Of a DNA stretch of 64,000 nt, positions 1 through 13,210 are shown piece after piece. The notes under the pieces were generated by a model that saw nothing but the letters and a program-made list of their open reading frames with translations, searched no databases and had not been told where the DNA came from. A program made the translations under genes and the position numbers. Source of the DNA: Felis catus. Its lineage: Eukaryota. Position 1 is the stretch's first letter. Each line of letters begins with the position of its first letter. The stretch is from contig NC_058368.1 in NCBI RefSeq assembly GCF_018350175.1, positions 52,764,001-52,828,000 of the forward strand, read 5' to 3'.

Positions 1-403
1 AATATTTTATCATAGGCTAAAGCTGAGTTATTCTATTTAAATAGCACCTTGAAAATATAACACTTAAAACCAGACTGTTTTAGCAAATATACATGGGCCT
101 TTAGAGAATTTATTTTGGGACCCAGTTTTATTTCTTTTTTAATCACATATTTCTGCTCCGCTGGAAGATCTGCTGAATTTAGACTTCCAAGCAACATGAG
201 CCCCATTAAGTTTTCATCCACCAGGTCTTTTCCTAACCATCTTGTCTTGTGTAGGAGACTTCTGGAACATGTAAGCCAATGATGAGGTACAGACAGATCT
301 CTCTCTCTCTCACCTTAGTTCCTAATTAATAGATCCAGTTCTGGGTACAAGTAGTTATACAGGAAATATTAATTTTCTTACGTTTTCTAACAAATTCATT
401 TTT

Positions 404-1025
404 AAAATTTTTATTTAAATTCCAGTTAGTTAACATAGAGTGTAATATTAGTTTCAGGTGTACAATATAGAGATTCAACAGTTCTATACATCACCTGGTG
501 CTCATCATAAGTGCACTCCTTCATCCCCAACACCTATTTAAGCCATCCCCCCGCCGAGCTCCCTTATGGTAATCATCAGTTTATTATCTAGAGTTAAGAG
601 TCTGTTTCTTGGTTTGCCTCTCTTGGTCTCTTGGTCTCTTGGTTTGTTTTTTTTTCCCCATTCTTGTTTGTTCTGTTTCTTAAATTCCACTTATGAGTGA
701 AATCATATGGTATTTGTCTTTTTCTGACTGACTTATTTCACTTAGGGTAACACATTAGGGTAGCTCCATCCATGTCGCTATAAATGGCATGATTTCATTC
801 TTTCTAATGGCTGAGTAATATTCCATTATGTATAGATACTACATCTTCTTTATCCATTCATTAGTCAATGGACCTTTGGGCTATTTCCATAATTTGGCTT
901 GTGGATAATGCTGCTATAAACATTGGGGTGCATGTATCCCTTTGAATTAATATTTTTGTCTTCTTTGGATAAATAGTGTAATTGCTGGATTGTAGGGTAG
1001 TTCTGTTTTTGACTTTTTGAGGAAC
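404..1025 (-). mobile_element. 5'-truncated carnivore L1 (3' UTR plus end of ORF2)
   Basis: Starts with typical reverse-complemented L1_Carn 3' end (ttttatttaaattccagttagttaacatagagtgtaatattagtttcaggtgtac) and ORF2-end motifs (catccatgtcgct...atggctgagtaatattcc); degenerate TSD tctaacaaattcattttta / tctaacacagtattttta. Confidence 0.88.
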
Positions 1026-1119
1026 TCTAACACAGTATTTTTAAGGTAGAAATAGGTGATATATTTTCCTTCCACTAATCTAGTCCTATCCTGGAAACTC
1101 ATTCTCTTATTCTTATGCT

Positions 1120-2350
1120 AAACAAGCACTGATTGAACATCTACAATACAACAACCATTGTGCTAGACATAGAGGGTACAGACATGAAAAATTCTCTCTG
1201 TGTTCATGGAACTCATAGTCAAGTGGGGGATATGAACAAAAACTAGAAATGTCAATTCAGTATGGTAAGTGCTACACTAGAGTGTCCTTTGAACCCAGGG
1301 AAGAGCCCTCTAACCTAGCTGAGGGAGGAAGTGGATTAAAAAAAGAAAGATCAGGGGCTCCTGGGTGGCTCAGTGGGTTAATTCATTTCAGGTCATGATC
1401 TCGCAGTTTGTGAGTTCGAGCTCCTCATCGGCCTCTGTGCTGACAGCTCGGAGCCTGGAGCCTGCTTCCGATTCTGTGTCTCCCCCTCTCTCTGCCCCTC
1501 CCCTGCTCATGCTCTGTATCTCTGTCTCTCAATAATAAATAAATGCTAAAAAAATTAAAGAAAGAAAGAAAGATCATAATTAAGCTGAATTCTTAAAGGA
1601 GGAGGGAAATTTAGTTCAGGTGGAGAAGTCTAGACAGGGTATCTTGGGTCAATAGTAGAGCATCAGCAAAGGAATAGAAGCAAGTGGCTTGAGGGAAGGT
1701 CATTATGTATGCCTGAAGCACTGGGGTCAGGGAAGATAAGATAGAAAGGAGCCATATCTTGGCCTTACATGTCAAGAGTATGGACTTTAACACAAAACAA
1801 GGAGGACTTTAAGCTAAACTCAAGGGCACAGAAGTATTCCAAGGAGGAGATTTTGCATTTTCAAAAGGCCACTCAGGTAAGGTTGAGGAGGGTGTGTTGG
1901 TTGAGGCAGGAGGAAGTTCTTCTTTTGAGAAGATTAGTCAGGAGATGTGTACCACATACAGCTGAGACAGGAAGAATTTTTGAGCCAAGTTACTAATGAG
2001 TTGCAGATAAAGGGATAGGCAAAAGAGTTACTTAGAAGGAAGATTCTTTAGGACATGGGATGATATGGTGGGGAGAGAAGGCGAGAGATGGTGCAATCAA
2101 GGATCAATTCCATGCTTCCGCCTTGGGTAAGCAGGGGTGCCAGTTACTAAGATAAGAACATAAGGAAAAAGGATTTGGGGGACAAAATTATGAGTGTGGA
2201 ATTTGAAAGTCTATGGAACATAACTGGAGATATCCAGAAAGCAGTCTGTGTGGAGCTCAGAAGAGTTGTGTGAACTGGGGGAAGGGGGGCAGATTTCAGT
2301 AGAGAGAAGCTATTTGCAGCCATGGGTGTGGTTGGGACACCCAGAAAAGG
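1120..2350 (-). mobile_element. L2 LINE fragments (interrupted by a SINE)
   Basis: L2 3'-end signature (attgaacatctac...tgtgctagacatagagggtacagacatgaa...catggaactcatagtc) followed by purine-rich degenerate L2 body. Confidence 0.7.
1354..1564 (+). mobile_element. CAN-SINE (SINEC) with small internal deletion
   Basis: ggggctcctgggtggctcag head, B-box gttcgagc, CT tract, A tail; TSD aaagaaagatca. Confidence 0.95.
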
Positions 2351-2473
2351 TAAAGGAAAATCAGTTACAATACCAATGTGGACATTAGGTTACCTACTAA
2401 GGGGTAATTCACTAGGAATGGAGCATTAGTCTCATGTATGAATATTTCAGCCCTCTTAGAGTAACACATTTCT

Positions 2474-2667
2474 TTAATTTTTTTTTTTAAATTTAATGTT
2501 TATTTTTGAGAGAGAGAGAAATGGAACATGTGCAGAGAGAGAGAGGGGGAGACAGAATCTGAAGCAGGCTTCAGGCTCTGAGCTGTCAGCATAGAGCCTG
2601 ACTCCGGGCTCGAATTCACCAACTGAGCCAGTCAGACGCTTAACCGACTGAGCCACCCAGGCGCCCC
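2474..2667 (-). mobile_element. CAN-SINE
   Basis: Ends ctgagccacccaggcgcccc; T-rich tail and (AG)n; TSD agagtaacacatttct / agaataacaaatttct. Confidence 0.95.
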
Positions 2668-4129
2668 AAGAATAACAAATTTCTACCTGATATTTAAATT
2701 AATTAATTTCTTGTTCCCTATGACTCTCTGATCCTACCCTCTTTTCTGTTATTCTCTGCAATGATGTGATCAACCGATCTGTACTTTCCTGGTAATAACA
2801 AAGCACATATCACTGAATTAGTTTAGTGGTTTCTCTTTACTGCTACAAACATCTGCTTTCAAGTTTTACTTCTCCGCTGTATGTTTTTTCTACCCCTAAT
2901 AAACGTGAGCACTGTGATCAGAAAGACGCAGGTCAATGTCCGATACAATTGAGGACTTTGTTCCCAGCAACAAATACTTGCCTACGTTTTCCAGACACTT
3001 TCCAGGATACAGGGATCCAATGGTGAACATCTTCAGCATTCACACAGAGGTCATGGTGGGCAAGCCTCAGGCCTCAGTACCAGACAACAGAATAAGAGAC
3101 AACGGGAGCATGTGCAGTGGGCTAGAGGTGAGGAAAAACCTGTGCCTTTAGCAGAGCTGAGGGGAGAGCCGGATATTGCAACTTTCTTCCATTGTATTGC
3201 ATTGGTTGTAACTTTTCTTGCTTTGTCATCTGGACATTCTCCCACGACTTTGGGCTGTAACTATGTCATCCTCTTTTTATGCCTGTGTGTCTTGCATTTC
3301 TATGTTGCTGTCACTTGATTATTTTCCCTAGAACCCCTCCCCTATCCTATCTCTAGTGACCCATTTTCCTAATTCTGTGGAGAGCGCAATGTTCCTTTAA
3401 TTCATGCTCTATGACATGGTAGCATTTGACCTCTCCAGGCAGCACCTACCCAAAGGCCTCATGTGATTTGCTACCCAAGTGTGGCCAGCTCTACAAATTG
3501 AAGCCATGGATACAAAAGAGTAAGATGACTTCCGTAAGAGTGACCTCGGTGTGTTCTCTTTCCTAGGTGAAAATGATCCCAACGTGAGCCCCCGTTAGTA
3601 AGGTAAGGGCTTTGATTAATTTCTCTAGTTGTAATACTCAGTTCTCTATAAGCTTGCCTTATTTTCGCTTGGGACCAACAGTGGTCATCTCTGGGCTGAA
3701 CAGCTGTGTGTAGGGAGCTTCAGGAAGCATCAAGCCAAATGCTATGCAGTGGTGTATGCCCAGCCTCACTCCGCTGCTCTCTGGCCACCCGAAGTGTGCT
3801 GAACGGTTCTCCTCCATCCTGCTATTTTATCACTCCCTGGGGCATAGAAGATCTTCCTACTGTTGTTATTTTATCCTAATGGGAATCCAAGTCAATTCAG
3901 CATAAGCGGTAGAACATCTACTATTTATACAAGACACAGTGCCAAGTGCCAGAGATAATATCTAAAAAAGTTGCTATCTCTGTTTTAGAGGGGCTTATAA
4001 TTTCATTGGGGGTGGGTGGATACAGGTGTTTACTGAAATAGTGAAAGGGTCAGCATTTTGAGTCTTTGCTTTCCTTGCCTTTTGATTGGATTCTATTCAA
4101 TTTTACCTAGCGGAGACGACTCGTCTGTT

Positions 4130-4390
4130 TTATACTTTCATTCCAGTGGAGGCGTTCCCTGGCCACCCTTTCTAAAATAGCACCTCCCACCCAGACTCAC
4201 ACTCTATGCCTTTTCCCTGCTAAACTTTTCTTTTTTGTATTTGTGATCATCTAACACAATTTGCATTTTACTTATTTGTCATATCTATTATCTCTTTTCT
4301 ATGTCATGAAAATAGGGATTTTCATCAGCTTTATTCACTGCTGTATCCCAAGTGCCTCAGTAAATATTTGTTGAATGAATGAATAAATAA
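4130..4390 (+). mobile_element. L2 3' end
   Basis: ttcactgctgtatcccaagtgcct...taaatatttgttgaatgaatgaat terminal signature; an oppositely oriented L2 end follows at about 4395-4550. Confidence 0.75.
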
Positions 4391-7300
4391 TTCAATGCAC
4401 GCACTTATTCTTTCCACAAATACCTACCATGTGCCATGCACTTGGGATGAAATGGTGAATAAAATCTCTATGATCCTGCCCTCATGTAGTTTACATTTGG
4501 TGGGAGAGATTGAGATTAATTAAATAGACACATAAATACAGAATTACAAACCCAGTTTGTATATCCTGTCTTCATAAGTGATCAACAACTACTAAAAACC
4601 TGCTTTACACCGTAACCTCTCAACTATCTAAGTCTGTATCTTAATCTGCAGAGCGATTTCTCATCACCATATTGGTAAAGACAGCAAAATCGAACACTTC
4701 CTGGCAAACAGACTTGTTTAAGAGCCAATATAACACTATACTGCCCTCTTCCAGTCTGTCTAGCATTTGGAAAATTAATTTGACAAAGAAAGTTAATATC
4801 ATATATGTAGAATGTCTGTTCAGCATATTTATCCAGTGGGATGCAGGTAGATATGGGCCACTGCAGATGTATTCTGGATTAATTTGTTTTTAGGGGAGTC
4901 TCCTGTCTCAACAAATAAAGTTCGGGAACTTTTGGTGCTGTTACAAGGATATCAGATTTTTAAACATTAATTGTAGAATATTCTAAGCCCACTGACTTTT
5001 ACTGGCTTTTAAAACAAAATACAACCCAATCTGAACTTTCAGTTTCAAAGCATAAATGTTCAAGAAGTGCTTTTGAAGTTTTACCTTATTATTTTAAAGG
5101 TTAACATCATTTCTTTGACTTGAGATGGAATCTTTAGGGGAACTACCATAACAATAGTTTCTATGGGATTATTGGAAAAGAATGTTAATCAGCAACTGCT
5201 CGAGTTTCTCTTATGTTTACTTGCCAAGGGGTCAAAATAATATTTGTTTGAAAGTTTCATCCATGATTAACCTCCATACTGTAGTATTGCTTTTTCTTGT
5301 CCAATTCCCGTAACAAGCAATCTTCTGAGTAATGGCTGGTAAATAAAGTTGTCATATATATTGACAGTAAGAACTAAACTATCACTGCCCACAGTTCCCC
5401 CTCCCCTCCCCAAATTTTAGGATTGCAAAATTAACACAACGTTTTGTTTTTTGTTTTTGGGTTTTTTTTTTTTTTTTTTAGATCTAAATACATACCAGCT
5501 GCAGTCTTTGAAAGTCTCATATCATTTTGTTAGCACAATGCCTGCCTACGTGAGCAAAAACATGGGAACTGCATCCTAATGCAGTTGACAAGATTTTTTA
5601 TTTTCATGATTACTTCTCTGCCTTTTTTTATTTTGCCTGCAGGCAAAGGTTGGCATACATGTCAAGAGAATGTTCTCCAGCTGGGGCCTGCAGTACAGAG
5701 AATTGTATATACCAGAGGGCTCATGGGAGTCTAGGCAGATTATTATGGTAATATTGGAGGCTGCTGTCCTCTCCCTCCCACAGCTGGGCCGCCTCTCTCA
5801 TTGTAAGTATTGAAGCAATATGTTTTGCAAATTATACGTTGGGAACAACAGGGACCCAGTAAAGTGAAGAAAAAGAGAAACATTGCAAAATGTTGCCTTT
5901 AATATTATATTTTTCTTGTTCATCAAGCAAAATAAATTAAAGCTTTAATTTTTTTTAATTAAATGAGGATCGTATATTGAAAAAAGAGCTATAAGAGTAA
6001 AAACTTAATATTGATTTTATTGAGTGAGAGTTTCAAGAAAATATCGTTACAGAGAAATTAGACAGTAGCCTGATTCAAGAGAATCATGGTAAGATTACAT
6101 AATAGCCTTTATTATGGATTTCAAAAATCCTTTTGAGTCCAATGAAGCTGGGTTAGCAAAAACTGCACAAAAAATATCATTTTAATTAGTGCTAATGTGA
6201 TCTCGTCATGGTCCAGCTGTTTCACGCAGGATGAAAATGTGTGTTACTTTATTAGTAATGCATCTTAGAAAAAAATGTCACTTCTGATTTCAAACATTTG
6301 TTATTAAAGTACATTTTAATACAATAGTAGAGCAACATGATTGATTTGGTGAAATGAGGCATTAGTGAAATTCAGGCAAAAAGGCTTAAAAGCCTTCTTA
6401 ATTGAGGAAGAAATGTTTTCCTTCTGTCTGGCCTTCCTTTCTGGAAACATTAATAACAAAACAAGAGTCACATTTCTATTGTGAATTTTGAAGACATGCC
6501 ATATAAGAGAGAGTGAAAATGCCAATAATCCAGAAATTAGCATTTTTTCCCTTATAGAGCAAAAAGTTTCCCCCCACATCGAAAGTTGTAGGCTAATTTT
6601 AACAAATGCTCCGCTGTTTCAGTTTTCAATAATGAATTTAAATTTATTCATCAGCAAACATTTCCGCATCTGTCTCGACAGAGCATCTACGACTCATTCT
6701 TTTGGATTCAGCTTTCATTCTTTCAGCCAGTCTTAACTCAACTTCTCCATTCAGAAATGAAATCCTGAATCCTTAGAATAAGACCTGATTGAAAAACTTA
6801 GGAGTGTGGTTCAAATCTTCCTCTTCAATTCTTAGTTGCTTTGGAAGATTTAGCCTCCTCACACGAGAAGCACACTTATTTGTCATATGTCTTCTCTTCC
6901 TTCGCCACAAACCTATAAAACAGCTCACCATGTGCCATCTTGTGCCTAATATATTTATCCACTCTATTTATTTGATATCATGCCAATATATTTTAGTTGG
7001 CTATTGATAGGGGTGTCCACGTACAATTTACTCCCCTCAGCTAGATATTCATTTAGGAGGAATTGAGTAAATAAAAGGCTGGTAGGAAGTGATGTTCAAC
7101 GTAATTGCCAGCCTCTGTGATCTTTACTGAATTATAGTTATCATTTGGAGGTGGTAATGGGGGGAGGAAGCCAGTAATTCTCTATTGTTTTTCAGCATTG
7201 TTTCTCATTATTCCAATCACTGTCTCAGTGTTTAGTCAAAGAGAATATAAATACTCCACTTGGTTGATGCTACCAGGGAACTTATGTGTTTATTTCAAGC

Positions 7301-7564
7301 TTCTGCTGCTTGATGCGGGACAGTGCTATTTTACCATCCTTTTAATTCTTCTTGTCACGTGGACTCGAGCAAGTTTAGTCCTTTGAAAGTCTGAGAGACT
7401 GAACAGAAAGCAACTTTTGATTTTCTAAAATAGGCTCTTTCTCAATGATTCCTTTCCTGTGCTTTCTTGGTGTGGGAGAGCTTTGGTAGACAAAACAATT
7501 TTTTAATAAGCCCCCATTTGATGTTAAGCAACTATTCCTTTTGCATGGGGGCCCAAGATGTATG

Positions 7565-7568
<4 letters not shown>

Positions 7569-7606
<38 letters not shown>
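7569..7606. repeat. (CA)19 microsatellite
   Basis: Direct read. Confidence 0.97.
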
Positions 7607-7609
<3 letters not shown>

Positions 7610-7870
7610 TTTTTCTACACATAATGTCATGCTACAGTGAATGGTGGTAATATGACGTTCTCTTGTGATTTTACTGGTGAGAGAATGTAGGCACCATGAA
7701 GCCCTGAGAAAGGAGTAGAGAGAGGCTTGTTTTTCTATGTCTCTGATCACACTGATTCTCATGGACCCAGTATGTGCTTCACTAATGATGAGTGGATGAA
7801 ATGATATTCCACATTTGATGTATTCTCCTTATTTTTACTTTGAATTTTTATTAACATAGAAGCATGCTTT

Positions 7871-8075
7871 TTAAAAAAATGTTTATTAATTTTTGAGAGA
7901 GAGACAGAGTGTGAGCAAGGAAAGAGGAGAGAGAGAGAGGGAGACACAGAATCTAAAGCAGGCTCCAGACTCTGAGCTGTCAGCACAGAGCCTGATGGGG
8001 ACTCGAACCCAAACCATGAGATCATGACCTGAGCCGAAGTCAGACACTTAACCGACTGAGCCACTCAGGTGCCCC
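7871..8075 (-). mobile_element. CAN-SINE
   Basis: Full head-to-tail structure; TSD gaagca(t/c)gcttt at 7859-7870 and 8076-8087. Confidence 0.95.
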
Positions 8076-9263
8076 GAAGCACGCTTTGTTTAGTGAGGTT
8101 TTTCATGTATTGAAAATACAGGTGTCCGTCTGCTTGGGAGCACTACCAGCCTATACCTAATGGGAGCCAAGCCAAGGACAATAAAGACACAGCAGTGGCT
8201 ACAAGATATTTTTCTCTCTTTCTCCCACTATTTAGAGATATGCATGAAAAAAGTGGGGTCCAGACCCAGATTTGGATTTCTATCATACAAAAGATAGGAC
8301 TCCCATAATGCCAAGCCACTAGATAGAGCTTAGCAGTAGAGGAGGTCATGCTGTCTCTCAGTACCCGTAAAAGGGGTTGGTGGCTTTCAGGAAGAGAGTG
8401 GCACTTTTGAGGATACCTTGATCTTCAGTATGCTCAGTTCCCATCAGTTAATCTTTACTGAGTGCCTACTCTGTGCATAGATGTGCATTAGGCATTGTGG
8501 GGGAATCAGAAGAAAGTGGAGATACAGTTTCTGCCCTCAGAGGAATTTATAGTTTTGTTAGGGAGACAAATAAGGATAAAACTCAAGCTAAAAATGGCCA
8601 GGTTCTGAAGGAGTGGTACAGACATCATGGGCTCTAAGAGTACACCAGAGTGGTCAGCATGGGTTAGAATATCGGGACAGTTTCAGATGTCAGAGCTGAA
8701 TAGTTATGTCAACTTCTGGGGGGGGAGTGAATGATGGAAGTCAAGGGGCTGAAGGGTGGAAGCGTTTCCATGGACAGTTTCTGAGCACCAAATGAAGACT
8801 CTCTGTCCAGTCCATAATTTAGAGGACAAGTTAGTGATCAGGTCTAGTGGGGACCTTCTCCCAGAACGTCATGGCTGTAGGAATTTTGAAACAGGTCCAG
8901 ATGGGATGAAGGCTGACTTTTCAGGCCTGTGAAGTTAGCATATCACTTATACTGACTCCATTTAAATTTCAAATTATTTTAAAGTCTTGGGACACTTCCT
9001 ATCCTTGACCAAATTCTTCTGGAAGTATTGCTTATGCATCTGTCTCCATGTGGGCAGATTCAGTTAGTAGAACTTGACACTATATTGACACTTGAAAATA
9101 TAAATTCCCTTGACCAGGGTAAAGTCTTTTCTTAACGAACACAGATGACTTTCACATACCTACATCCCTTCATTGTCCAAGAAAAATTGGAAACTGCTAA
9201 AGGAGTCCAGAGAAACACTAAAGGAAATGTCAATAAAATTTTACCAATAAGTCTTGCAAGTGA

Positions 9264-9268
<5 letters not shown>

Positions 9269-9308
<40 letters not shown>
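9269..9308. repeat. (TG)n microsatellite
   Basis: Direct read. Confidence 0.97.
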
Positions 9309-9310
<2 letters not shown>

Positions 9311-9319
9311 CAAAATGTG

Positions 9320-9472
9320 TTTTTCTGGGCAGACTTGCTAAAAGTGCAAATGCCTGGGCCCCACCATAGACCTTCTGAATCTGAATCTCTGTGATCAGGG
9401 TTTAGAGAATCTGCACTTCCAACAATATCAGTAGCTGATACCTATGTACAGTGAACTATGAGATCTACCAGT
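9320..9472. mobile_element. MER5-family hAT-Charlie MITE fragment
   Basis: tgcaaatgcctgggccccacc...tctgaatctgaatctctg...aatctgcacttccaaca MER5 core. Confidence 0.7.
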
Positions 9473-9569
9473 ACAGAATTCGTAAAATACAATCTTTGCA
9501 TTCAATTTACAAAGAAACTGGTCTGGCCAACTGGCAGTAAAATATCAGATTAGCATCTATGAGATTCAA

Positions 9570-9790
9570 ACTAACATGTTCATAGCATCACTAGATGCCA
9601 GGTGTGGCTCTAGGCTCTTTTATAGATATTATCCCTTTTAGTTGCCACAATACTATTATGGGGGCGGAGTCTTATGTTTCCATTGTACATATGGGTCAAT
9701 AAGCTCAGAGAGGTTTGTGACTCTCTGGAGATCACCCAGGAATTAAGTGGATCCAAACCACTACATCTCAGTTACCTCCATAGTGCCCTA
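9570..9790 (-). mobile_element. MIR
   Basis: MIR core-like (ccattgtacatatgggtcaataagctcagagaggtt...gagatcacccag). Confidence 0.65.
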
Positions 9791-10199
9791 CGCTGATTTC
9801 TCTCTGCTGCCCAGTAGGATCCTCACATAACTCCCTCACTAATCAGCTACTATGGTATTAGGAAATCAATTTATTTTTACCAATTACATAAGTAATACCT
9901 GGTGGGAGGACAAGTCTACTAATGCCAACATTGCATGATAAACTCACATCCCTTCTTCTGAACTGCCTCTGCCATCATTAGCGTAGATATGTGAAGGTTC
10001 AGTGGGTGTGTGCCGACAAATACATGTAGAAAAAACTCAATACTACATTAAAGACATTGACTTTAATCCACATTTAGTTTATGGAGGAAAACCAGAAGGG
10101 CAGTATAAGGGCCACAGTAAGGTATGTGCATGAGAGATGATGTCCATACTATTCATCCAAATTTTCCAAACCTTACAAACCCTACAAGGAAGCATTAGT

Positions 10200-10450
10200 T
10201 TGCAATAAAGCGTGGTGGATAAAGACGGGGCTCTGGAGTCAGATTATTGGGAATAAATCTTCTTTGCGTCCTTAGAAGCTGTCTGACATCAGGCAAGTTG
10301 CTTATATTTCCTGGGCCTTAGTTCTGTAAGATGGGAATGGTGACAGTCATCCTTATAGGGTCACTGTGAAGATTGGAAGAGATGACTCACAAAAAACCTT
10401 TAGGACAGTGCCTGACACATGCTAGCATGTCTCATAGATGTTAGTCATGT
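10200..10450 (+). mobile_element. MIR
   Basis: gggctctggagtcaga...ggcaagttgctta...tctgtaagatgggaatgg...gacagtgcctgacacat. Confidence 0.75.
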
Positions 10451-10952
10451 TAAAAAAAAATCAGGCTCAGGGTCTGGACATGTAGACCCTCAAAGGTGTC
10501 TGTTGAATGTAAGGCTATGTCATCCATGTTTCCCTACCCTCAAGGGCACGGTGCCTTTTGATAGTGCCCCTTTCTTCCTTTTCATTTGTTTTGAGACTGA
10601 CCTGATAATAGTCATCTTACTAAATATTCTTTTTTAGAACCTGGAGAGTTTCTGCCCTATTCTCAGAAATGTGTGATAGTTTGAAGATAATAGGCTGGAT
10701 GAAAGGAGAGAGTGAAGTAGAAGATTCTTTCAGTCAAAGTTCTAATACCTGAGCATGGTCTGTCCCACCTGAGTGGTCACTTTCCCCTTCACTTTCCTTC
10801 TGTCCTTGACATTTGCTTTCTGCTTCAAGACACCCAGATGCTGGGATCACTGTCTTTTGTCTCCTACTCTCGAGTTGTGTTTGCTCAGGATTGTAGTCAG
10901 CCACTCCTTCCCTCCTCCCTGGAGCCCATAAACACTGCTTTTCATTGAAAGT

Positions 10953-10954
<2 letters not shown>

Positions 10955-10985
<31 letters not shown>
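10955..10985. repeat. (TG)n microsatellite
   Basis: Direct read. Confidence 0.95.
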
Positions 10986-10987
<2 letters not shown>

Positions 10988-12409
10988 AAGGGTCCTTCTT
11001 TAACCTGGAAGCCTTTCAAAACCAAGGCGTAAATAATTAATTTGACTAAAGCAATCAAATTAGCAGTAACTTAGGTAGAGCCAAAAATTACGTAGATGGA
11101 AATGAGGACTTTTGAATGATTGTATTCTTTTCCCCTTTGAAAAGTAGAAACTTGAGCAGAGCTGCTCAGGGTTTGGGTGCTCACTTGGGAACCTGTTCAA
11201 ACCACGTAGCTTTTGACCCCCCATTTCCCCCACAGTTCTGACACTCCCTCGTCTCTGTCCCCTGAAGAGAACCAGCACTAAAGGAGTAAGAAGTAGAAAT
11301 AATGGTGTGTGTGCGTGTGTGTGTGCGTGTGCATGTGTGTATGTGTATGTGTAGATATGTGTGTATTTTTTTTAACACAAGTCTTTTAATTCTTTCCATA
11401 AATTATTGGAAAATGATCAAGTGATTATTTCCTTTAAAACCTCTGCATGAATTTAGCTTTGTGTAACTAGGTTTTGTCGTGTCAGAGAATTTTCTTCTTT
11501 TTTTGGTAAGAATTAGTAGCAGGCTTAATACCTTAAAATTATATTTTGAAGCTGGTATCGGTAATGTTCAGTATATTTGATTATTTTATTCTGTGACCAC
11601 TATTGTAAAACAAAAAAAAACTAGTTGTTCTTTCACATTCATGACAATTCTGAGTATAGTCAGCATGGGATTAAATACAAGATTTCTAACAGTTCCAGAA
11701 TTTCTATTTATATGTACACTATGAAGAGGTTTCTTGAGGGACTTTTATTTTCTGATTCTTTATCAATTTTATTTCTCTATGTATTATGTGGTGCATTGCT
11801 GCTGTTATTATTGTTTATCTCTACATCACTACTGAAGACAGTATTGCATTTTCCTTCTCTATTTTTTTTTTTTTTTTTTGTCTACCAGGAACAACATCAA
11901 AGTTTAAATATTTATGGTAGGGATCATTTTAAGAGGTATTTTTCTTTTCCTCCAAACCACTTCTAATATGAGATGTTATAAGAGAACAATATGAGAAAGT
12001 TAAGATAATATTTGTCTTTATTGGTGTTTTCATGCTGTTTTCTAGTTGATTTATATCATTATTTAATGCCAAAATGTGAGACCTGATAAAATAATAATGC
12101 AAAATGCTGTATGCTTGCTTGGTTTTTATTGTATCAATTTGTATTGAAAATACATAAAATATTAAAAAAATAATAATGCAAAAATTAATTAGGTCTGATG
12201 AACACTGGGGTGTTCATCTTGACAGTCCTTGAATAACTGTGTTTTGGTTCTGGGGAGAATGCACTGTTGCTCTGGAAGAAATGAGGGCTTGGTTGGAGGG
12301 AGGCTATAACATCAACTGTCACCTCTCACCCCCAAGTGTTTTCATTTTCTTCAAGAATCCCACAGAGGTTTTATGAGTTGTCACAGTGCTTGTTACTAGG
12401 CAGGGATTA

Positions 12410-12800
12410 ATCAACAAGTATTTATTACAGACAAAAAGACAATTTTCCAAGTGCTTTTCACCTGCATTATTCAATATCATCCTCACACCAGCTCTGTGAA
12501 GTGGGAAAAAAAATGTCTTGTTGAAATGACTAACCATTAACCCCATAACTGATGAATGGCAGAGCCTGATTCCAAATTCTGAAATGCATCCTCTTACTAG
12601 GTGATAGCGTCTGTGTTAAGTGCTTTATGAATAATCTCTATGATTATCACACAAATTCCGGAAGGTGGTATTGCCATGCTTGGAGGTAATCAGGTCAAAG
12701 CTTAGCGAGGTCAAGAGCCTTGCCCAGCACCATGTAGTTTGGGGTACCAGGATTAGAACTGAGGCGTGCCTGATCCCAAGGCTGCATTTAAACTCCATGC
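12410..12800 (-). mobile_element. Two adjacent MIR fragments
   Basis: ccaagtgcttttcacctgcattattcaatatcatcctcacacc and gcttagcgaggtcaagagccttgcccag...aggattagaact MIR motifs. Confidence 0.6.
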
Positions 12801-12990
12801 TGCCTCAGTGTCCTTGCCACTGGCTTCCAAAAGAAATCTCACCATATATTATCCACTCATATATTATCCATTATTAATTCTTTCAGTCAGTCATTACATA
12901 CCAACATTTTCAGCTCAACTGTAAGAGTTATTAAAGGCATGTGAGATAGCTCCTGTCCTCTTATATGGGTTAAAAAGGGACCAGATTTAA

Positions 12991-13210
12991 GGAGCACCTG
13001 GGTGGCTCATTGGTTAAGTGTCAGACTTTGGCTCAGGTCATGATCTCACAGTTTGTGGGTTTGAGCCCAGCATCTGGCTCTGTGTTGACAGCTCAGAGCC
13101 CACAGCCTGCTTCAGATTCTGTGTCTCCCTCTCTCTGCCTCTCCCCACTCACACTCTGTCTCTCTTGTATGCTCAAAAATAAATAAAACATTTTTAAAAA
13201 TTTTTTAAGA
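12991..13210 (+). mobile_element. CAN-SINE
   Basis: ggagcacctgggtggctc head, CT tract, A tail; TSD aaagg(g/a)accaga(t/c)tt. Confidence 0.95.

Noticed and set aside
11400..12080. AT-rich 3'UTR-like stretch, or Helitron helicase-like FGGK...VVPG words on the minus strand
   Set aside because: No upstream coding exon found; the peptide words are in different frames with many stops and are too short to be significant
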